Positions 50,697-59,836 of a stretch of 64,000 nucleotides of DNA are shown one piece after another; the first letter of the stretch is position 1, and each line of letters begins with the position of its first letter. The notes beneath the pieces were generated by a model. It ran no database searches. It was not told the origin of the DNA and saw only the letters and a list, made by a program, of their open reading frames with translations. The stretch is taken from the NCBI GenBank assembly GCA_963675755.2, contig CAXXMD010000003.1:2720001-2784000 (forward strand). Reading direction: 5' to 3'. This DNA is from a bacterium. GTDB taxonomy: Bacteria > Zhuqueibacterota > Zhuqueibacteria > Residuimicrobiales > Krinioviventaceae. Made by a program: the position numbers and the translations under genes.

Positions 50697-52901
50697 TTAT
50701 TCTACAAATGCCATTTTTATTGTTTTGGTATAATCCCCGGTTTGCATTCTGGCGAAATAGATACCGCTGGAGACCTGCTCTCCGAAATTATTGGTGCCGT
50801 TCCATTTAACCGCGTTTTGCAGACCTGTTTGATACCAATCCACAAGCGTTACCACCTTTTGCCCCAGCATGTTGTATATTGATATGTTGACATGGCCAGG
50901 TGAATTCAGCGTATAGCTGATTGTTGTGCTGCTGTTAAAGGGATTGGGATAGTTGGCTAAGAAATGATAATCTAATATTGCTGTTGTTTCTTCTTTTTCT
51001 ATACCTGTAGGGTGCTGACCCAGCTTGATTAAACCATAAAGTTTTGTACCCAGCCATTTGTTGTTATATTTATCAATTTGTATACAATTGATTTCATCCA
51101 AGGGGATACCTAAATCTGTAGAGTCTATTCTAGACCAGGTTTCATTTTCAAATTTAAAAAGGGCCCCATAGGCATTTTCCCATACAGTACCGGAACTGTC
51201 AATTGCTAAACCCCCTAAAAAAGTGTTATTTAAACTATCATGATTTTTAGATGCTTCATTTTCATAATTCTGCCATTTAACACCATTAAAACAGGAAATT
51301 CCCTCTATTGTTTTGATCCATATATTGTTGTATGTATCTGTAATTATGGCATATATTCTATCTGAATTTAAATTGCTGTTTTCACAGTTGAATAAAGTCA
51401 ACGTATTATTATTGTATTGAAAAACTCCAAAATCAATTGATGCAAACCAAATATTGCCCTGTTTGTCAGATGTTATATCAACAGCATTAGGTCTAAATGT
51501 ATCATCCCCAATTTGTAATTTTCCCCAGTATGTTCCATCATAATACGAAATTGTACGATCTTTTAAGAACCAAAGGTTGTTCTTATTATCAAATACCATA
51601 TGTTCAATAAAGTAAGAGTGTCTTAAAAATGGTGCAGTGTTTTCATCATAAATAGTCCAATTGGTGCCATCAAATTGTGATATATAGCCTTGAGTAAAAT
51701 ATTTATTGGCAAATGAAGTACTAACCCACACTGAATTGTTTTGATCAATTGCAATGGAATGAGCCGAATTGGTTACCAGACCACTGTTAAAATCATAATA
51801 ATTCTCCCAATGGTTATCATGGTTTAAATGAGAAACTCCTCCACCGCCACCGACCCACAATTCACCGTTATTATCAAATGCTATTGATTGTATATAATAT
51901 GGAGGAGCTATGCCAGGTAAGGGGATGTTATACCATGTATCCTGTTCTATTTTAACCAGTCCCATGGAAGAACCAACCCAGATTCTGTTTTGTTTATCTT
52001 TTTTTATAACATACTTGTCGTTAATATTTAAAACACTGTTATCTTTATCATATTTTTGACATGAAGAATTGTCCGAATTAATTTTCAATAAACTGCCATT
52101 TCGGCTCATAGAGAAAGCATCGTAACTGGATATCCATTTATTGTTTTGATCGTCAATACAAATAGAGTGTATAGCAAAAATATTGAAATTACAGTTTGTA
52201 ATAGAAGGGGATTCAATAATGCCGTTTTTTATGACTTTTATTCCATAATAAACGGTACCACACCAAACAGTATTTTCATTATCAATATTAACGGTTTGTA
52301 CGCCATCGCCCAGGGCATAGATTTTATGTTCACCGGTAACTTGATTGTAATGAACAGCCCCGTTTGTTGCACCACACCAAACGTTATCATTGTTATCTAT
52401 CGAGATGGTTGTGATTGATAAAAAAGCTATATTTTCAAATATTATGGTTTTCCATATATTATTATCATATACGACAAGGCCTGAATCACTGCCGATAAAC
52501 AGTTTCCCTTTAGAATCCACAGCCAGAGCTGTAATTATATTAGATTGCAGGCCAGAGTTTTCTTTTGTGTATTTTGTCCAGTTTGCTCCGTCATATGCAA
52601 ACAGGGCACCTTCTCTGTTGTACCTGTTATTTGATAAAGCAAACCATTTTGTTCCGGAACTGTCAACCGCTATTGCCTGTACGTTTATCAATTTCAAGCC
52701 ATCATTGTAGTCAATCTCTTCAGAAGAATTATCCCTACTGTCCAGTTTAACAATACCACCGGTAGTACCTATCCATACGTAATCACCTTCGAAATCGATA
52801 CAGTTGACGCTTTGTTTGCTTGTAAAGTATTCCCAGCTTTCCTGTGCAAAGCTTATTTGTATTGCCATGAAAAGGTACAAGATAATGAAAAGATTTCTCA
52901 T
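50697..52901 (-). CDS. Secreted beta-propeller protein with CTD (array member G6)
   Basis: Same architecture as G9; leader identical to G7. Confidence 0.88.
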   Translation of the reverse strand: MRNLFIILYLFMAIQISFAQESWEYFTSKQSVNCIDFEGDYVWIGTTGGIVKLDSRDNSSEEIDYNDGLKLINVQAIAVDSSGTKWFALSNNRYNREGALFAYDGANWTKYTKENSGLQSNIITALAVDSKGKLFIGSDSGLVVYDNNIWKTIIFENIAFLSITTISIDNNDNVWCGATNGAVHYNQVTGEHKIYALGDGVQTVNIDNENTVWCGTVYYGIKVIKNGIIESPSITNCNFNIFAIHSICIDDQNNKWISSYDAFSMSRNGSLLKINSDNSSCQKYDKDNSVLNINDKYVIKKDKQNRIWVGSSMGLVKIEQDTWYNIPLPGIAPPYYIQSIAFDNNGELWVGGGGGVSHLNHDNHWENYYDFNSGLVTNSAHSIAIDQNNSVWVSTSFANKYFTQGYISQFDGTNWTIYDENTAPFLRHSYFIEHMVFDNKNNLWFLKDRTISYYDGTYWGKLQIGDDTFRPNAVDITSDKQGNIWFASIDFGVFQYNNNTLTLFNCENSNLNSDRIYAIITDTYNNIWIKTIEGISCFNGVKWQNYENEASKNHDSLNNTFLGGLAIDSSGTVWENAYGALFKFENETWSRIDSTDLGIPLDEINCIQIDKYNNKWLGTKLYGLIKLGQHPTGIEKEETTAILDYHFLANYPNPFNSSTTISYTLNSPGHVNISIYNMLGQKVVTLVDWYQTGLQNAVKWNGTNNFGEQVSSGIYFARMQTGDYTKTIKMAFVE

Positions 52902-52913
52902 GATTTCCCCGTT

Positions 52914-55103
52914 TTATTCTACAAATGCCATTTTAATGGTTTTGGTATAATCCCCACACTGCATTCGGGCGAAATAGATACCGCTTGATACCGGTTCACC
53001 GAAATCATTGGTGCCGTTCCATTTGATCGCGTTTTGCAGACCTGTTTGATACCCATCCACAAGTGTTACTACTTTTTGCCCCAGCATATTATATATCGTA
53101 ATATTGACATACCCTGTATTTTGCAGGGTATAGCTCAGGGTTGTAATACCGTTAAAGGGATTGGGATAGTTGTTGAGCAAATGGAAACCCGATATAGCGA
53201 CACTCTTGGTTTCATTAATGCCTGTTGTGAATTTGCCCAGTTTGATGAGGCCGTGATACTGGGTTCCCAGCCATTTGTTGTTATATTTATCAATTTGAAT
53301 ACAATTAATTTCATTTAACTGAATGCCGAAATCAGTCGAGTCGATGCGCGTCCAGGTTTCATTTTCAAATTTAAATAGAGCTTCAGGAGTGCTTTGCCAG
53401 ATTGTACCTGAACTGTCAATTGCAAGACCTTCGATGTTTGAATTGTAATTTTCATAATAACTGTTATTGGATGGATTTTCAAAATTCTCCCATTCCGCGC
53501 CATTATAACAGGAAATACCTTCCGGGGTTTTTACCCAGATATTATTGTTCATGTCAACCCTGACAGCATAAATCCTGTCTGAATTTAAATTGCTGTTTTC
53601 AGTATTAAATTGGGTCCATTCAGTATTATTATATTTAAAAACTCCATTTTCGTAATAAGCGATCCATATATTCCCATGTTTATCGACAGTTATGTCTTTT
53701 GCATTTAATCTGTCAAATCCATCCGGATTTGGTATATCTTGCCAGAGATTACCATCAAAAGTTGCGATATTTCCATCTTTGATAAACCATAGTATATTTT
53801 GGTTATCAAAAAAGAGTTCAGTTATATAGTTTGCTGATATAACGATATCTGTATTATAATCATAAATTATCCAGTCATTTTCGTTTAAAGTAGAGATATA
53901 ATTATTAATATATAGTCTGTTTGCAAGATGAGTGCAAACCCAAATATTATTGTTTTGATCTAGAGTTGAAGAGTATATAAGATTCGTTACAAGCCCGCTG
54001 TTGTGTGCATAATAATTATCCAAATGGTTGTATCTAAAATATGAAATTCCACCCCAACCACCAATTAATATTCCATCATTGCTATCAATTGATATTGAAT
54101 GGATATACATTTGCGGAGCTATCCCGGGTAATGGTATGTTGTACCATTGTGTTTGATCAACTTTAAACAAACCATTTTCAGTAGCAAACCATATACTGTT
54201 TTTTGCATCGATTTTCATGTCGTGTATATTTGTAGTGCTTAAAATACTGTTGTCTGTATCGTAAAACTCCCAGGACCCATTATTGTCTAGTTTTGAAAAG
54301 AAATAGTACCACGTTGTGCTACCTGTATAGGAAACAAACCATTTGTTGTTGTTATTATCTATAAAGATTTTTGAAACCCGGCCTCCTGGGAATTCACTAT
54401 TTTGAGGTGATATACTATCAATTGAATCTTTTTTTATTATAACAATAGAATTATTGTCGGTAGCACACCATGCATTTCCCTCATTATCAAAAGCAATTGA
54501 ATTTGTCGAACCAATACCATATGTCGTTTGTTGACCGGAAGAATGATTATACTTGATAACTCCGGCTATTGTGCCGCACCATATATTATCATCTCTGTCT
54601 ATTGAAATGGTCAAGATGTACTCGTGAGCAGTATTCTCAAATGTTGCTATTTCCCAAATCCCATTATCTAACACAACAAGTCCCATATTAGTACCTACAT
54701 ATAATTTTCCTTTTGAATCGACTGACAAATCATTAATCATGTTAGATGGTAATCCAGAGTTTTCCTTGGTATATTTTACCCAATTGGTTCCGTCGAAAGA
54801 GAATAAAGCGCCTTCCATTTCTCTATAACTGCTTGAAGATGCGAACCACTTGACGCCTGAGTTGTCAATTGCCATTGCTTTAATGTTAAGCATCTCAAGA
54901 TTATCATTATAGTCGATCTCTTCTGTCGAATTGTCCCGGCTGTCCAGTTTAACAATACCACCGGTAGTACCTATCCAGACGTAATCGCCTTCGAAATCAA
55001 TACAGTTGACGCTTTGCTTGCTTGTAAAGTATTCCCAGCTTTCCTGTGCATATGCTGCAAGACTTGAAAAAAGTATAAAAACGATAAAAGAAAAGTGTTT
55101 CAT
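52914..55103 (-). CDS. Secreted beta-propeller protein with CTD (array member G5)
   Basis: Same architecture as G9; leader MKHFSFIVFILFSSLAAYA nearly identical to G9. Confidence 0.88.
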   Translation of the reverse strand: MKHFSFIVFILFSSLAAYAQESWEYFTSKQSVNCIDFEGDYVWIGTTGGIVKLDSRDNSTEEIDYNDNLEMLNIKAMAIDNSGVKWFASSSSYREMEGALFSFDGTNWVKYTKENSGLPSNMINDLSVDSKGKLYVGTNMGLVVLDNGIWEIATFENTAHEYILTISIDRDDNIWCGTIAGVIKYNHSSGQQTTYGIGSTNSIAFDNEGNAWCATDNNSIVIIKKDSIDSISPQNSEFPGGRVSKIFIDNNNNKWFVSYTGSTTWYYFFSKLDNNGSWEFYDTDNSILSTTNIHDMKIDAKNSIWFATENGLFKVDQTQWYNIPLPGIAPQMYIHSISIDSNDGILIGGWGGISYFRYNHLDNYYAHNSGLVTNLIYSSTLDQNNNIWVCTHLANRLYINNYISTLNENDWIIYDYNTDIVISANYITELFFDNQNILWFIKDGNIATFDGNLWQDIPNPDGFDRLNAKDITVDKHGNIWIAYYENGVFKYNNTEWTQFNTENSNLNSDRIYAVRVDMNNNIWVKTPEGISCYNGAEWENFENPSNNSYYENYNSNIEGLAIDSSGTIWQSTPEALFKFENETWTRIDSTDFGIQLNEINCIQIDKYNNKWLGTQYHGLIKLGKFTTGINETKSVAISGFHLLNNYPNPFNGITTLSYTLQNTGYVNITIYNMLGQKVVTLVDGYQTGLQNAIKWNGTNDFGEPVSSGIYFARMQCGDYTKTIKMAFVE

Positions 55104-55116
55104 TTATAACCCCTGT

Positions 55117-57051
55117 TTATTCTACAAATGCCATTTTAATGGTTTGGGTATAATCCCCGGTTTGCATTCTGGCGAAATAGATACCGCTTGATACCGGTTC
55201 ACCGAAATCATTGGTGCCGTTCCATTTGATCGCGTTTTGTTGAGCTATTTGATACCCATCCACAAGTGTTGCCACTTTTTGCCCCATCATGTTATATAAA
55301 GTAATATTGACATGCCCCGGATTTTGCAGGGTATAACTGAGGGTTGTTGTTCCGTTAAAGGGATTGGGATAGTTATTCATTAATTCATATTTGTATGGAG
55401 TTTCACTGTCATCCTCAATGCCGGTTGAAGCGGATTCCCGTACAAAAAAGGCATTGACATTGTCGGACCAAATCTCTTCATCGTTCAGGTTTGTTGCTTT
55501 GACTTGCCAAAAGTAGGTGGTGCCGGGTGTCAGGTTACGGATGGTAAGGCTGGTGTCTCCGTCAATTTTGTTGATGACCGGGTCCGTGAAATCGGGAGAT
55601 TCGGAGAGATATACCTCGTACTTTAGCTCAAAAGGATATGATACCATACTGTCGCTGGGTTGTGTCCAGATGAATGTGGGATTGGTGATGTTGATGGACT
55701 GATCGTGAGCGGGACCGGTAACCTGAAACGGTTTTAGGGTATGGTATTGCGGTTCGTTTTTGAATCTTTTCATGTAATTATGATTGGTATCACCACGTTT
55801 GCCATAAAATAATATAAAACTTCCATCAGCTAAAATCAGCTCAGCATGAACGGGGAGGCAGTTTTTCTGTAATGAATTAATTTTAAATTTTTCACCAAGT
55901 GTATTGTCGTTCAAATTATAATATTGTGCATAATTGATATTATTAGAATTCCAGACCATAATTACTCTGTCATCTGATGTTTTAATTAAATTGGTTAATT
56001 TTCCAAGATATTCATATGAATTCATATCTATTTTTTGTTGATATTTTTCACCTGATTGCTTGATTCGACATATATTTAAGTAATAATCACGATATCCGTT
56101 TTCATCCTTATTAGAAATCCATGCAAAAAAAAGCTCATCAACATAATCTAATATATGAGTATAATCAATATAAGTTGACAGGTTGTTTATTTTTATGCTT
56201 TCAGTTAAACGTTCTCCTTGATCTGAAAAAAAATCACAAAACATTCCTTTTGTATTATTTATATATTTTTCATAAATAATAATAAAATTTCCATTTTCAA
56301 GTGCAAAAGCTTTCTCAAACCAACCTAATCCTCCATTGTATTTCTGAATGATTTGTTCTGTTTGAGGGGAAAAAAGTGAAAAATATGGATAGTTTACATA
56401 ATCAAATATAGCAAGATTGTCATTTTTTAGTTTTATCACTGATTCAATGCCATATTGATTTAAAAATTTTGCATTCCCAATTTTTTCACCTGTAGGAGAT
56501 AGATGTTGAATTTGTATCCTACTATGTTTTTCCCAGGCATGCCAAATAAAGAATATACTGTTATCACTTGACTTTATGATTCTCGTACTTCCCATATTTC
56601 CCCATCCACCCAGATTGGGATTTATAAAAACTGGATCCCCACTTTTATCTCCTTCGGTAGAAAATTGTTGTACATAATAATCAATATAGTCATAATTGTT
56701 AGGATTTTCATAATACCAGAAAAACAAAAAATGACTGTTGGGTATTACGATAATAAATGTATAATACCATTTTAGAAGATAAGTATATGGTGTAAATGTG
56801 ATATTGTCATTTTCATATAAAAGATTACCATCGATATCGAAAATTTTAAAATATGCATCACCCTCAACAGAAAATGAATCGTCTATGTCTATATGGCTAG
56901 TCATAATAAATGTTGTATCGGTTAACTGGTGAATTAATGGGTGGTAAATATAATTTTCGCTTATTTTTTTTTCAAATCCATAACCCAACACTGTTTGTGT
57001 ACATACGAGTATTAACAATATCCAAAGATTAATCAATAACGCTTTTTTCAC
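55117..57051 (-). CDS. Secreted protein with repeat region, FN3-like domain and CTD (array member G4)
   Basis: AAGGAG RBS then GTG at 57051; PTFIW...YEVYLS.SPDF...NLTPGTTYFWQVKA (FN3-like); YPNPFN...KMAFVE. Confidence 0.82.
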   Translation of the reverse strand: MKKALLINLWILLILVCTQTVLGYGFEKKISENYIYHPLIHQLTDTTFIMTSHIDIDDSFSVEGDAYFKIFDIDGNLLYENDNITFTPYTYLLKWYYTFIIVIPNSHFLFFWYYENPNNYDYIDYYVQQFSTEGDKSGDPVFINPNLGGWGNMGSTRIIKSSDNSIFFIWHAWEKHSRIQIQHLSPTGEKIGNAKFLNQYGIESVIKLKNDNLAIFDYVNYPYFSLFSPQTEQIIQKYNGGLGWFEKAFALENGNFIIIYEKYINNTKGMFCDFFSDQGERLTESIKINNLSTYIDYTHILDYVDELFFAWISNKDENGYRDYYLNICRIKQSGEKYQQKIDMNSYEYLGKLTNLIKTSDDRVIMVWNSNNINYAQYYNLNDNTLGEKFKINSLQKNCLPVHAELILADGSFILFYGKRGDTNHNYMKRFKNEPQYHTLKPFQVTGPAHDQSINITNPTFIWTQPSDSMVSYPFELKYEVYLSESPDFTDPVINKIDGDTSLTIRNLTPGTTYFWQVKATNLNDEEIWSDNVNAFFVRESASTGIEDDSETPYKYELMNNYPNPFNGTTTLSYTLQNPGHVNITLYNMMGQKVATLVDGYQIAQQNAIKWNGTNDFGEPVSSGIYFARMQTGDYTQTIKMAFVE

Positions 57052-57076
57052 TACGAAACTCCTTTTCAATATTCAA

Positions 57077-59779
57077 TTACTTGATCAGCGCCATTTTACC
57101 TGTTTTAGTGAAATCCCCTGCGGTGATTTTGTAGAAATAGATGCCGGAGGGGAGGGAGCCCGCATTCCAGTTGATATAATGCAGACCCTTGTTGTATTTT
57201 TTACGTACCGGATTTGCAACCTGCCGGCCCAGACGATCATAGATTGTCAGGTTTACCATGTGTGGATTGGTCAGATAAAACCGAATAGTCGTTCCCGCAT
57301 TGAAGGGATTGGGATAATTGTAATATAAAGTGATATCTGACGGTTGTTTGTTGTCTGTAATTCCACTTGCGGAATCAAATAAACTATAGACATGTACCTT
57401 GCCATTGTCTCCTTCACCTGGTGCTCCATACACGAGTTCAAGATCTCCATCCTGGTCCATGTCTGTTATTAAACTCCAGGGAGAGTCATTCAGGGCGGGG
57501 CATGATTCCAAATTAAATTGAGAATTGCTATTTCCATACATAACATAGTATTTGTTGTCAGGATATTTGTTAAAAACAATGTCATCATAATTATCCTGGT
57601 TTAGATCTATTATTGTCGTCAAGTTGTAACGTTCATTTTCCCAGCCTGTTAGTTCATAATCCGGTTGTGTACTGAATTCAGGACCGCCAAAGTGAATATA
57701 TGTTGTTCCCCAATGATGATTTCGATAAATGATCAAATCTTCATATCCATCTCTGTTAAAATCCCCATGCAATACACGGGCATACACATCGGTGCCAAAG
57801 TTTTCGTCTGATCCCAGCAATATATCTGGTTCTGATAAAAGTGTCTCTTTTCCCCAATAGATACCCAAAGCTCCATGAGGCTCCTGTATTGAAACTGCAA
57901 TGTCATCTCGTCCGTCACCATTAAAGTCGTTGATGCCAGAAAAATTTACATAATCATTATAGATAGTTGGAAATTCAAAGTAGGTAATTGAGTTTACGTC
58001 TTGATTCCCCCAATAAATACGAAATTTACTTTTATCCCAGCCCATTTTTAGTCTTACACAAAAATCACTGTTCCCGTCATTATTCATGTCACCAACACTG
58101 AAAACATCTGATATAGCGTATCCCCAGTCCATAGTGATAGAGTAATCAGGCACTTTGGACAAGGTATCAGATCCCAGGTAAAAATAAATAGTACGATTTT
58201 TAACTATTGCAAAATCCAAGAGTTGATCATTATTAATATCATTTAAATTTATAAATCCATATCCCACATGTTTAAACCAAGCTTCTTTTTCAGGATAATC
58301 AATTGTAACTGGTGTCTGATTTTTACTATCCTGTTCATTGTAAATATATAACCTACCTGAGTTATTGTACGCTGAACCCACAATAAGCTCATTTTTTTGG
58401 TCATTGTTAATATCCATTACAGATACTGTTACACCAAAACGGTTTTCTGTTCCGGGACCTGTTATATAATTGTCCGGTTGCCAATCGAAATCTGTACTGC
58501 CATTATAGATACAAATTCGGCCTTTTTCTACAAGATAATTGGGAATACCGGTTAGCAGATCTGAAATGCCATCATTATTAATATCTCCATTGCTGTCAAA
58601 GCTGGTTATACAGCCCAATGTATCGCTGCTAAATGATGTACTTGGGGAATCATCCATTTCTGTGCCGCCATAATAAATATATGTTTTACCTGTTCTAAAG
58701 TAATAATAGAGCTGATAAGACGTGCCATATCCCGGATACCCCGGAGCTCCTATGACCAGGTCGCATATATTATCTCCATTCAGGTCGCCTTTTGTAGATA
58801 ATTGATATCCAAATTCATCGCCAAAGTTTTCACCGGTATAAATAACATCGGCAATTGTATCTGCCTCATTATTACCAAAATATACATATACTCTACCCAA
58901 AAACCCGTTGTATTGCCCTGCGTTAATTACCATATCATCTATTCCATCATTATTGAGATCAGAGCCTCCGGAGATAGTAATGCCAAAATGATCACCCGGG
59001 TGTTCACCGTCTAATATTAAATCAACTGTGTTATCCATATTGGGCCCTCCGAAATAGACATACACTCTTCCGGCTGCCGAGTTGTAGAGGTAGGCACTTG
59101 TGGCAAAATCATCATAACCATCATTATTAAAATCTCCAATTCCTTCGACAGTATATCCAAAATAGGGATTGGGTTGGTCAATGTCATTATAATTTAATAT
59201 TACATCAGCTGTTGTGTCCATATCCAACCCCCCATAAAAGATATGGACAATGCCTTTCCAATTGTCGTAACTTTGTGAGCCCACTGCGATATCGTCATAA
59301 CTGTCATTGTTTAAATCTCCAACAATTGCAGAGGTGATTCCCGGTCTGTATGGTGTTACTCCACCTATGGATAATTCAAGATCAATTTCCGGGTCCGGAT
59401 TTGAGCTGCCAAAGTAGATGTATGCTTTAGAATTATCTGTATCTGTAGTTAATATATCATCAAAACCATCGCCATTCAAGTCGCCAGAACCATAAGACAC
59501 TCTTTTACCCTTGATACTAGACGCCCCTTTTAATTTTAACTGTACAGATTCTGCATTGTCATTGTAATATTGTAAAAAAACCGTATGTGTACGGGTTCCA
59601 TAAACCAGGTAATCTGATTTATGATCTCCATTTACATCTCCAGCATAGGCTACGTTATCTCCAAATTTAGTATATCCCAAAATATTGGGTTCTTCCAGTG
59701 TGTAGAGTAATTCAGCGCTGTAACCTTTTATTATTGTGATGATTACTATTAGAGCGATATTAATATATTTATGTCTCAT
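57077..59779 (-). CDS. Secreted FG-GAP (integrin alpha-like) repeat protein with CTD (array member G3)
   Basis: Many GD.NGDG.DD and FG...GAP...G.VYVYFG repeats; AAGGA RBS before ATG 59779; YPNPFN...KMALIK. Confidence 0.9.
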   Translation of the reverse strand: MRHKYINIALIVIITIIKGYSAELLYTLEEPNILGYTKFGDNVAYAGDVNGDHKSDYLVYGTRTHTVFLQYYNDNAESVQLKLKGASSIKGKRVSYGSGDLNGDGFDDILTTDTDNSKAYIYFGSSNPDPEIDLELSIGGVTPYRPGITSAIVGDLNNDSYDDIAVGSQSYDNWKGIVHIFYGGLDMDTTADVILNYNDIDQPNPYFGYTVEGIGDFNNDGYDDFATSAYLYNSAAGRVYVYFGGPNMDNTVDLILDGEHPGDHFGITISGGSDLNNDGIDDMVINAGQYNGFLGRVYVYFGNNEADTIADVIYTGENFGDEFGYQLSTKGDLNGDNICDLVIGAPGYPGYGTSYQLYYYFRTGKTYIYYGGTEMDDSPSTSFSSDTLGCITSFDSNGDINNDGISDLLTGIPNYLVEKGRICIYNGSTDFDWQPDNYITGPGTENRFGVTVSVMDINNDQKNELIVGSAYNNSGRLYIYNEQDSKNQTPVTIDYPEKEAWFKHVGYGFINLNDINNDQLLDFAIVKNRTIYFYLGSDTLSKVPDYSITMDWGYAISDVFSVGDMNNDGNSDFCVRLKMGWDKSKFRIYWGNQDVNSITYFEFPTIYNDYVNFSGINDFNGDGRDDIAVSIQEPHGALGIYWGKETLLSEPDILLGSDENFGTDVYARVLHGDFNRDGYEDLIIYRNHHWGTTYIHFGGPEFSTQPDYELTGWENERYNLTTIIDLNQDNYDDIVFNKYPDNKYYVMYGNSNSQFNLESCPALNDSPWSLITDMDQDGDLELVYGAPGEGDNGKVHVYSLFDSASGITDNKQPSDITLYYNYPNPFNAGTTIRFYLTNPHMVNLTIYDRLGRQVANPVRKKYNKGLHYINWNAGSLPSGIYFYKITAGDFTKTGKMALIK

Positions 59780-59795
59780 GATCTTTTCCTTGGTT

Positions 59796-59827
59796 ATTCC
59801 GGCGGCCCCCCTGCTTGCCGCCGGAAT
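59796..59827. terminator. Intra-operon GC-rich stem-loop
   Basis: ATTCCGGCGGC-N10-GCCGCCGGAAT perfect 11-bp stem between G2 and G3; no strong U-tract on the coding strand. Confidence 0.55.
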
Positions 59828-59836
59828 GTTTAGCAT

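Larger units (their letters stand above)
45196..55375 (-). repeat. Six near-identical ~260-bp CTD-coding repeats (about 45196-45455, 47414-47670, 48486-48745, 50697-50955, 52914-53170, 55117-55375) plus two pairs of near-identical leader/intergenic repeats
   Basis: All six end in SSGIYFARM..G.YT.TIKMAFVE with near-identical DNA; intergenic TTATAACCCCTGT at 47401 and 55104; GATTTCCCCGTT at 50685 and 52902. Confidence 0.92.

Noticed and set aside
45196-55103. Treating the propeller proteins as hybrid two-component sensors
   Set aside because: They have the propeller repeats only, with no transmembrane helix, kinase or receiver domain, and end in a secretion-type CTD.
45196-55375. CRISPR array, integron attC array or diversity-generating retroelement as the explanation for the repeats
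   Set aside because: Repeats are protein-coding and hundreds of bp long. No cas, integron integrase or reverse transcriptase gene is in the window, and the differences between copies do not look adenine-specific.
59780-59836. N-terminal extension MLNIPAASRGAAGITKEKI of the FG-GAP protein
   Set aside because: It spans the intergenic hairpin; a good RBS and signal peptide start at ATG 59779.
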